This document shows, in pieces, positions 38,045 to 46,043 of a DNA stretch of 64,000 bases. Below the pieces are notes generated by a model that had not been told where the DNA came from, ran no database searches, and saw only the letters and a list, made by a program, of their open reading frames with translations. The position numbers and the translations under genes are program-made. Positions within the stretch are counted from its first letter, which is position 1. The number at the start of each line of letters is the position of its first letter. The DNA is from Candidatus Multivoradales bacterium (GTDB lineage Bacteria; Acidobacteriota; Thermoanaerobaculia; Multivoradales; Multivoraceae), in assembly GCA_965223325.1 (NCBI GenBank), contig CBDCWI010000002.1, positions 2,112,001 to 2,176,000 of the forward strand, read 5' to 3'.

Positions 38045-38746
38045 GTGGGCAAGGACACAGGACAAAGAGTGCTGATCGTGGAGGACAACGAGCAGACTCG
38101 CGAGTTGTTGGAGCGCTACCTCAGAGCCTCTGGGTTCAAGCCCTTCACCGCCAGCGATGGCATCGCAGGCCTTCGCGCTGCCCAGGAGTTGACGCCGGAT
38201 CTAGTGCTTCTAGATGTGATGTTGCCCGGACTCGACGGCTTTTCGATCTGTCGACGGCTACGCGAGGAGATGGGTCTACCGGTCGTTCTATTGACAGCCC
38301 GCTCGACGGAAGACGACCGCGTGCGTGGTCTCGAACTGGGGGCGGACGACTACATCGTCAAGCCATACAGTCCGCGTGAACTGGTAGCCCGGCTGAGGGC
38401 CGTCCTACGCCGGGTCGGCCGAGACCATGAGCCGCAGCGCCGTTCATTTGCGCAGCTCACCGCCAGCCGCGAGCAGATGCGGGTTACGGTTGCCGGAGAA
38501 GTACTCGATCTCACGCCCACAGAGTTCTCGCTGATCTGGTGCCTTCTGTCGCATCCCAGCCGGGTCTTCACGAGAGCAGAACTCGCAGCCTCGGTACCGG
38601 AAGGGCGGTCCAACCCGACGCCTCGCGCGATCGACACACACATTGGCAATCTTCGTCGCAAGCTCTCCCTCTCGGGCAGCGAGCTTCATATTCAAACAGC
38701 GTACGCTCTCGGCTACCGGCTGACGACCCGAAGCGAAGGCGCTTGA
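38045..38746 (+). CDS. OmpR-family response regulator
   Basis: VLIVEDN, LLDVMLPGLDG, GADDYIVKP, DTHIGNLRRKL; start uncertain. Confidence 0.93.
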   Translation: MGKDTGQRVLIVEDNEQTRELLERYLRASGFKPFTASDGIAGLRAAQELTPDLVLLDVMLPGLDGFSICRRLREEMGLPVVLLTARSTEDDRVRGLELGADDYIVKPYSPRELVARLRAVLRRVGRDHEPQRRSFAQLTASREQMRVTVAGEVLDLTPTEFSLIWCLLSHPSRVFTRAELAASVPEGRSNPTPRAIDTHIGNLRRKLSLSGSELHIQTAYALGYRLTTRSEGA

Positions 38747-38756
38747 CGGCACCAGC

Positions 38757-40127
38757 TTGAGCTCTCTGAAGACAAGGCTGCTGGTCGCCATCGGCTTGAT
38801 CGCCCTGCTGGCGATCTCGCTGGCGTGGTTCTCGTCGCGACAACTGACGATGGCTGAACTCGAAGTGAACGGCGGGCCGAACCCAGAAAGCGAAGAATCG
38901 AGAGCACTGCGAAAGCTGGCGGCGAAAATCGCGACTGGACGTCCTGACAACGGCGACTGGCAGCCACTGGAAGAGTTGATCGAAGATTGGCTCGACGACT
39001 CTCAATACGACCGCTTTGTCCTCCTCACGCCGGACGGCACACCCACCTCACCTACTTCGCATGGGGACACTTCCCAGACTCCCGACATACGCCTCGACGT
39101 CGCCGACGCGTCGGGCCCGGTGGCCACGCTGCTCCTCTTCTCACAAACAGTGAGCGAAACGCCAGCAGCGGTGGACAAGGAGACCCACTTTCTCACCATC
39201 CACCACCAGGACGACACGGTCGATATGCAGTCGCGGGCCATCGGCTCCGGCCTCCGAGCACTCCTGATCGCGCTGACACTCCTGGTTCTGGCGGGAGTCA
39301 TCGGCAGACTCATGCGTCCCCTGGCGACTCTGACCGCAACCGCCGAGCGACTCGGGGCCGGCGACTTCTCGGCCAGAGTCGCAGACACGGGCAAAGACGA
39401 GATCGCGAAGCTCGCCCACACCTTCGATGCCATGGCGACCCGAATCGAGAATCACGAGCAGCGTCGCCGCGATCTGTTCAACGACGTTGCGCACGAACTG
39501 CGGACGCCTCTGACCAATCTGCGGGCGCGACTCGAAGGTCTCGTCGATGGCGTCTTCGAGCCAACTTCGGGTGAGTTCGAGAGGCTACTGGCCGATGCTG
39601 TTCTCCTGGAACACCTGACCGAGGACTTGCAGACCCTGGCCACCGCCGAGGCAGGCGAACTCCGATTGTCAATCGAGTCGCTCGAGTTGCATCTCGAGGT
39701 CGCGGCGGCCGTGAAGTCAAGCCAGGCAGCCTCACCAGGAGTCGTTTTCGAGAGTCAGGTGGCCGAACAGTTGTTGGTTCAGGCCGATCCCATCCGGCTG
39801 CGTCAGATTCTCACCAACCTGCTCACCAATGCGGGGCGCTTCGCCTCCGGCCAGCCGGTCGTAATTACTGCCGAACAGCAGGAGAACTGGATCGAGATCT
39901 CGGTCGTGGACAAGGGCGCGGGCATCTCGGAACCGGCCCTTGCCGCCATCTTCGATCGCTTCTACCGCTCCGAGAGCGATCGCGACCGGGAAAGCGGCGG
40001 CTCGGGCCTCGGTCTGGCGATCGCCAAACGCCTGGTCACGGCCCATGGGGGTCGCATCTGGGCGGACAGCGTGCTCGGCGAGGGTACGGCCGTTCGCTTC
40101 GAGATGCCGACACAAAAGAAGGGCTGA
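38757..40127 (+). CDS. HAMP sensor histidine kinase (BaeS-like)
   Basis: Two TM segments, HAMP, AHELRTPL, NLLTNA, GSGLGLAI. Confidence 0.93.
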   Translation: MSSLKTRLLVAIGLIALLAISLAWFSSRQLTMAELEVNGGPNPESEESRALRKLAAKIATGRPDNGDWQPLEELIEDWLDDSQYDRFVLLTPDGTPTSPTSHGDTSQTPDIRLDVADASGPVATLLLFSQTVSETPAAVDKETHFLTIHHQDDTVDMQSRAIGSGLRALLIALTLLVLAGVIGRLMRPLATLTATAERLGAGDFSARVADTGKDEIAKLAHTFDAMATRIENHEQRRRDLFNDVAHELRTPLTNLRARLEGLVDGVFEPTSGEFERLLADAVLLEHLTEDLQTLATAEAGELRLSIESLELHLEVAAAVKSSQAASPGVVFESQVAEQLLVQADPIRLRQILTNLLTNAGRFASGQPVVITAEQQENWIEISVVDKGAGISEPALAAIFDRFYRSESDRDRESGGSGLGLAIAKRLVTAHGGRIWADSVLGEGTAVRFEMPTQKKG

Positions 40128-40638
40128 CCGTCTGAGAGGTCGAAGCTACGAGGCGAAGCCAGGAGCCGGTAGTGTTGGTGAGATGAGCTTCCAGCCCGAG
40201 GAGTCGTGACGACTGCTGAATCACGAAAGGAGCCGGCCGAGGGGAAGCCGGTGTTTCGTGGCCGCGTCGTAGCGTTCAGCCTCGTCGTGGTTGGGCTTGC
40301 GGCATGGAGCTACTTCTCGATCGTGGCGCCCGATGGGTCTCGTCGAAGAAGGGCACTCTATTCGACCACCATGGGCCGGTGCATCCCGGAGCGCGCCGTG
40401 GGTGGGCGTAGGAGAGCACTCCGATGAGGACTTCGTTGAGCCCCCGGCAGCCTGGGCGCTGATTCTCAGGCCACGTTGCCCGACTGGCGTGGCGGAGCTG
40501 TTGGGCCAACCGCTGTCACGCGGAGGCGCCGGCACCGTCCACTACACTGCACCTGCACACCCTCCAGCAAGAGCACCTCGCCCTGGTGACGAAACGTCGA
40601 CCAGTCAACAAGAGAATCTCGAGAAGAAGGGAAGGACC

Positions 40639-43560
40639 ATGGAATCGCGGGCAGGTCTTCCGGAGCGCCTGGGGCGCTACCAGGTTCTCGGCGTGCTCGG
40701 CAGTGGCGGCATGGGCGATGTGTTGAAGGCGCGCGACCCGCAACTCGGTCGCGAGGTGGCGATAAAACTGATCTCGGCCCAGGCGACGGGGCCGTCGTTC
40801 AGGGAGCGGTTTCGACGCGAGGCACAGACCCTTGCCGGTCTCACACATCCCAACCTCGTGCGGATCTACGACTTCGGCGAGCACGAGGGGCAGCTCTACA
40901 TCGTCACCGAGCTCCTCCAGGGCGAGACGTTGCGCGAGCGTTTGAAGCGCGGACCTCTTCGGGAAGCGGAGGCGCAGCGCACTGCCAGGGAGGCGGCAAG
41001 CGCAATGCAGGCGGCACACGATGCCGGCATCGTGCACCGGGATCTGAAACCCGAGAATCTGTTCCTGAGAGACGATGGCACCCTGGTCGTCATCGATTTC
41101 GGCCTGGCCCGCCCTGTTGACGCCGCGCCGCTGGGCGCTACCGCGGAGCAGGATCCAGAAACCCTGGTCGCGGTGACGAACCCGGGCAGCGTTCTCGGAA
41201 CGCTGGGCTACTTGTCTCCGGAACAGGCTCGCGGCCAGGTCGTCAGCAAGGCGAGCGACGTGTTTTCGCTCGGCTGCGTGCTCTACGAGACCCTGACCGG
41301 TGAGCGTGCGTTTGCCGGTGACTCGCACAGTGCCCTCATCGCAGCAGTGCTCGAGCAGACACCGGCACAGCTCGAAGCAATGCGCGGTAGCAAGCTGGGC
41401 GCTGTGATCGCGGGCTGCCTCGACAAAGATCCACACCAGCGATATGAAGACGGTGGCGCGCTACTCGCCGCCCTGACCGATACTGATTCGTCCGAGTTTC
41501 CCGTAACCCGGTCCCCCGGCATTGCCGCTCTAGCTGCCGGCTTGGCGATCGCCGTCGCCGCCATCGGGTGGGTGTTGTTCGTGCGCATTGCCAAGGACCG
41601 AGAACGCGAGCGCCTGCTCCCGGAGATCGAGGCTGCGATCGAGAACCACGACTACTGGGAGGCGCATGCCCTGCTCGAAGAGGCCACCGGCCACTTCGAA
41701 GAGGCGCAGCTCGAGAGGCTCTGGGCAGACGCCACCTTCGAGGTCGACTGGAGTCCAGAGCCGGCCGGCGCCACGGTTTCCATCAAGCCCTATGGCGCTC
41801 CTGACTCGCAGTTCCGTTTTCTCGGCGAGATGCCCTTCAAGGCACGCATTCCCACTGGCGTGTCCGTCTTTCGCGTCGAGAAGGAAGGTTTCCACACCTG
41901 GAACTGGGCCGCCAAACCCAACGAGTTCGTCTACCGCGGCAATGTGCTGTTGCCACTCGGCAGCCTGCCGGAGGGGACGGTGTTCGCCGGGACCGGCGGG
42001 CACGTAACCCTCTACGGCGTCGAGAATGAGTACAGGACGCACGCTCCCTCAGCAGTTGACGAGGTCGAGGTCACCAACCTGGCCTATCAGGCGTTCCACC
42101 AGTCCAGCGACTTCGACGACCCCACGCTCTGGCCAACAGCGTTCGTTGGCGACGACTGGCCCGAACCTCTCGAGGCATTCCTCGACGCGACGGGAAGACC
42201 AGGCCCAGCGAGCTGGGAGCTCGGCGAACCCGTCGAGGGCTTACTCAACCACCCTGTTAGCGGCGTGAGCTGGTACGAGGCCTACGCCTTCTGCAGATGG
42301 CGCAACCAATCACTCCCGACGCTCTATCATTGGTCAAGCGCCGCATCTCCCAAGCACGCCCGCAACGAACAGGTCGCGCTCAGCAACTACTCGGGCACGG
42401 GCACCCGGGAGGTGCGTGCACGAGAAAACATCGGTGTCACGGGCGCCTACGACATGGCCGGCAACGTGCGTGAGTGGGTCTTGAACTCGCGGGACGGTGA
42501 ACGGTTCATTCTTGGAGGTAGCTACAAAGACCCCGGGTACTCCTTCGTCCTGGCCCAGACCCTCCCTCCTGACGATCGTTCGTTGGAAAACGGCCTTCGA
42601 TGCCTCACGACCCTCGACCCGAGCGAGATCCCGCAGCTCGGTGGCGAGATCACAAGCCGTCCGCGGCAACTCGAATCCGTCGACGAGACGCCGCAGGAAT
42701 TGCTCGACGTCTACCGTGGGCTGGTGAGCACACCGCCACAAGATGCTCAGGTCATCGCCACCCGCACCAACGAAGATGCCGAGCATTGGCGCTGGGAAAC
42801 GGTCGAGATCGAAGAAACCCAGGGGCGCAGCTTCGAGGTCGAACTGTTCTTCCCGACGTCGGAACCTCCGGAAGGCGGTTTCCCTGCCGCCGTCGTTTTT
42901 CCCGGCAACGCCGCCTTTTGGGACAGCGGGACCGCACCCTCCTCCAGGCTCTTCTTGGCAGCGTTCAACGCGCCCGGTTTCGAGTTCCTGCCGCGCGCGG
43001 ACTGGGTCGCCGTACTACCCGTCTTCCGGAGTCTCTACCAGAGCGAGCCCAAGGAGCTGACGTTCCCGCTCAGAGAGGCACGCACGACCTTCGATCACAT
43101 CGTGAGCTGGAACCGCCAGATCTCGCGCGCGCTCGACCTGGTGGAGAGCGACGCTCGAATCAATGCGGACCGCACCGCTTTCCTGGGGTACAGCTTCGGT
43201 GGCGCGTTCACTTCGATGGTGATTCCATTCGAGAACAGGTTTTCGTCGGTGGTGGTCTGGAACGGCGGTATTCCAACGCACTGGAGCTTCATGGTCGACG
43301 ATCCGGAGCGCTCGACCCCCTTCGCGCTCGCTCCAGCCCTCGACCTCGCCCTTGCAAGGTACATCGAAGCGCCGTTCCTGATGATCAACGGTGGTGACGA
43401 TCTGGTCTTTCCCCTGGACCTCAGCCAGCGCCCGCTCTTCGAGAACGTGGGCACTCCCGATGATCAAAAGAAGCACATCGTCTTTGAGGGCATGTCTCAC
43501 TGGCTGCCGCACGCACGCACCATCGGGGAAACCCTGGCCTGGTTTGAGCGCTGGGACTGA
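40639..43560 (+). CDS. Ser/Thr kinase - TM - FGE/SUMF1 domain - alpha/beta hydrolase fusion
   Basis: GSGGMG, AIK, HRDLKPEN, DFG; HPVSGVSWYEA, YDMAGNVREW; GYSFG, NGGDD, MSHW; ATG after GAAGGA. Confidence 0.9.
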   Translation: MESRAGLPERLGRYQVLGVLGSGGMGDVLKARDPQLGREVAIKLISAQATGPSFRERFRREAQTLAGLTHPNLVRIYDFGEHEGQLYIVTELLQGETLRERLKRGPLREAEAQRTAREAASAMQAAHDAGIVHRDLKPENLFLRDDGTLVVIDFGLARPVDAAPLGATAEQDPETLVAVTNPGSVLGTLGYLSPEQARGQVVSKASDVFSLGCVLYETLTGERAFAGDSHSALIAAVLEQTPAQLEAMRGSKLGAVIAGCLDKDPHQRYEDGGALLAALTDTDSSEFPVTRSPGIAALAAGLAIAVAAIGWVLFVRIAKDRERERLLPEIEAAIENHDYWEAHALLEEATGHFEEAQLERLWADATFEVDWSPEPAGATVSIKPYGAPDSQFRFLGEMPFKARIPTGVSVFRVEKEGFHTWNWAAKPNEFVYRGNVLLPLGSLPEGTVFAGTGGHVTLYGVENEYRTHAPSAVDEVEVTNLAYQAFHQSSDFDDPTLWPTAFVGDDWPEPLEAFLDATGRPGPASWELGEPVEGLLNHPVSGVSWYEAYAFCRWRNQSLPTLYHWSSAASPKHARNEQVALSNYSGTGTREVRARENIGVTGAYDMAGNVREWVLNSRDGERFILGGSYKDPGYSFVLAQTLPPDDRSLENGLRCLTTLDPSEIPQLGGEITSRPRQLESVDETPQELLDVYRGLVSTPPQDAQVIATRTNEDAEHWRWETVEIEETQGRSFEVELFFPTSEPPEGGFPAAVVFPGNAAFWDSGTAPSSRLFLAAFNAPGFEFLPRADWVAVLPVFRSLYQSEPKELTFPLREARTTFDHIVSWNRQISRALDLVESDARINADRTAFLGYSFGGAFTSMVIPFENRFSSVVVWNGGIPTHWSFMVDDPERSTPFALAPALDLALARYIEAPFLMINGGDDLVFPLDLSQRPLFENVGTPDDQKKHIVFEGMSHWLPHARTIGETLAWFERWD

Positions 43561-43872
43561 ATAGGGCCAGGCCCGGGCCCAGGCGGGCACGCTGCACCGT
43601 GGACTGGGCGCGGCCTGGACGATCGCCGGCTCCCTACCGGTTCTCAGGGCCGGAGCGCTCCCGAGGGGCATCCCAAGAACTTTGTCCGGTATTTGAAGCG
43701 GGTGTCGTTACCTCTCTTGTGGACGCCGAGTGTTGAGGTGTCCGAATCACTTTCCTATTGGCGCCCGGAGGCCTGCTCGATGTCTCGCCCCACGATCGGC
43801 TCCAGATCAAGGGACAGGGGGAGGATGCGACGATCATCAACCTTTCCGCTGGGCATCCTTTCCTCAAAAGCT

Positions 43873-44163
43873 CTACGGCAGAGTGACGTCTGAGCAAGAC
43901 TTCCCGATCTCTACCGCTACAGATCCAGTCACCGTCACGAATTGCTTCGTCGCAGCGTCGACGAACTCAAAGCGGCCAGAGCTGTTTCGACCTCTGGTGC
44001 GGCCGGTCGATGTCCAACAACGAACCGCTTCCCCGCCTGAGTACAAGACGATTCGAGCCGGATCCCCATAACCAGTGAAGCGTCCCCTGTCCGCGTCGGT
44101 GCACGCGACGACGGACACCAATCCAAGCGTCACGGCGAGCAACAATCCAATCCTGAGTTTCAT
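43873..44163 (-). CDS. Small hypothetical lipoprotein
   Basis: MKLR + hydrophobic stretch + VVAC lipobox; 96 aa. Confidence 0.7.
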   Translation of the reverse strand: MKLRIGLLLAVTLGLVSVVACTDADRGRFTGYGDPARIVLYSGGEAVRCWTSTGRTRGRNSSGRFEFVDAATKQFVTVTGSVAVEIGKSCSDVTLP

Positions 44164-44779
44164 TGTGAGATTCCCTCGCTTTGTCTTTGATGACATGCTG
44201 CTTTACTACGACGGCCCGTTTCGTTCGGAGCCCTTCTCATTTGCCAACCGGACTACGCACCGAGGTCGCGATTTCTTCGTCATCGAATGATGATGGCCCA
44301 CTAACGCTTGGCTAAACGGTGACCGGGTCGTTCGATCGGGCGCAGTCTCCTCTCACATCATACGGCGGTGCGTGCCGCCTGCATGGGAGGCAATCGCCAA
44401 GACCTGGGCGCGTGAGGCTTCTCGGCGAAGGGCGAAACCAGAGGATAGAGTCGCTGGGCCGGCGGATCGATCCCGGCGAAGCCGAGAGAGTCTTCCGCCG
44501 CAACGAGCCTACCCCACTAGCCGCGCCGCCGGCATCAAGAGAGGCAGTGCAATCATCGTCCGCGGCAGGAGGATCGGCGCGAGATCGCGCAGGGCAAGGG
44601 CAGGCTCGAGCGCGAGATCAAGACGCCAACCTCGGACATGAAATCCAACTGGCAGACAGAGAGCCCGGCGAGAACGAAGCTCGTCGCCTCGCAACTAGAC
44701 ACAATACGCTGCGCTCGCCCGCTGTTGCGACGACTCGCTTGCTTTGGTACCGCGATCGAACTCAGCTACGCTGCCAGCC

Positions 44780-45535
44780 ATGAGTACCGGGTCCCGTGCC
44801 TTCGAAAGGGTCGAAGCCCTCTATGAGGAGCTTGGCGAAAGTCAGGCCCTGTGGGCGGTGATGACCTATCCCGAATACAGAGACGACAAGAACCTGGACG
44901 ACTTTCTCTCCTCTGGCGTCTCTGAGATCGATCTCCAGATGGGCCGCCTGAACCAGCTCGGGTTGAGTGTCCAGCCCGGCAGGTGCCTCGACTTCGGCTG
45001 CGGGGTTGGGCGCCTGAGCAATGCTCTGGCGTCTCACTTCGCGGAGGTCGTGGGGGTCGATGTGTCCTCGACCATGCTCGAGAAGGCCGAACAGATCAAG
45101 ATGAGCGACAACCTCACCTTCGTACTCAACAAGAGCGACAACCTCGACTGCCTGGAACCGGAAACGTTCGACTTCGTGTACAGCAACAAGACGATCCAGC
45201 ACATTGGGTACCCGGCCTCGAAGCACTACATCCAAGGCTTCCTTCGCTGCCTCAAACCAGGCGGCATGGCGGCCTTCCTGGTTCACGACTGCAAGCACAG
45301 AGAAGAAGGCTCCTTGAGCTTCAACCTGACGAAGTGGCACCGAGAAAACGTGCGGCCCTTCTTCAAGAAGCTACGCCGCAAGCCGCCGGTCCACATCCAC
45401 CCGATCTCGTCGAGGAACGTCAAGAGGTTCGTCGAGAGCGCGGGTGGTGGGGTTCTTCACTTCGAAACCGACACCGGCTACACGAAGCGCCGGCGAGGCA
45501 ACCTGCGAACCTGGTACTGGGCGCGCAAGAAGTAG
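44780..45535 (+). CDS. Class I SAM-dependent methyltransferase
   Basis: LDFGCGVGRL, GVDVS, FDFVYS, LKPGG. Confidence 0.9.
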   Translation: MSTGSRAFERVEALYEELGESQALWAVMTYPEYRDDKNLDDFLSSGVSEIDLQMGRLNQLGLSVQPGRCLDFGCGVGRLSNALASHFAEVVGVDVSSTMLEKAEQIKMSDNLTFVLNKSDNLDCLEPETFDFVYSNKTIQHIGYPASKHYIQGFLRCLKPGGMAAFLVHDCKHREEGSLSFNLTKWHRENVRPFFKKLRRKPPVHIHPISSRNVKRFVESAGGGVLHFETDTGYTKRRRGNLRTWYWARKK

Positions 45536-45668
45536 GAGGCTCTCTCTCTGAGGCCAAGACAGGCGAGGCGAAGCCACCGCAGTAGACAACAAAGAGCTGG
45601 TACGCCTCGTATGCCAGTCCCAACGAATGGCGCTCGCCGAACGCTGTAGCTCTACCGTTAGTGTCGAC

Positions 45669-45696
45669 TTGACTAGAGTCATTTTGATGCTAGTCT
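45669..45696 (+). promoter_or_regulatory. Sigma70-like promoter overlapped by a GACTAG..CTAGTC inverted repeat
   Basis: TTGACT (45669) - N16 - TAGTCT (45691) with an upstream TG; the ATG starts 7 nt after the -10. Confidence 0.55.
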
Positions 45697-45702
45697 CGGA
45701 AG

Positions 45703-46041
45703 ATGGCGCTTAAGAAGAACGTCTTCGAGATTCTGCTCTCCCTCTTGAGTCGAGAACTCCATGGCTATGCCCTGGTCAAGGCGCTCGAGGCTCAGGGAGG
45801 ATCGAATCTCCTACCAGCGAACCTTTATCGGACGCTGCGTGAGATGGAACGAGCCGGATGGATCGAAGAATCTGGCACCCGGCCTGACCCTGAGATCGAT
45901 GACCAGAGAAGGCGCTACTTTCGAATTACCGATAGCGGTCGGGGGGTAGCCCGCGAGGAGGCACTGCGGCTTGAAGCTCTTCTCAGCCTGGCCCACCACG
46001 AACGCTTGATTCCCAGTCGCACCGTCGGTTGCAAGGACTGA
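45703..46041 (+). CDS. PadR-family regulator
   Basis: FEILLSL..LHGYAL..PANLYRTL..DDQRRRYFRIT. Confidence 0.92.
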   Translation: MALKKNVFEILLSLLSRELHGYALVKALEAQGGSNLLPANLYRTLREMERAGWIEESGTRPDPEIDDQRRRYFRITDSGRGVAREEALRLEALLSLAHHERLIPSRTVGCKD

Positions 46042-46043
46042 CG

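Noticed and set aside
40291-40638. Long N-terminal extension of the kinase
   Set aside because: Looks like a separate decayed gene; there is a good SD and ATG at 40639
43567-43618. GC-rich hairpin after the kinase gene as an intrinsic terminator
   Set aside because: Imperfect stem with a large loop and no U-tract
44295-44345. Possible integron attC half (CTAACGCTTGGCTAAACGG)
   Set aside because: No proper RYYYAAC, no matching GTTRRRY arm, and no integrase or second site
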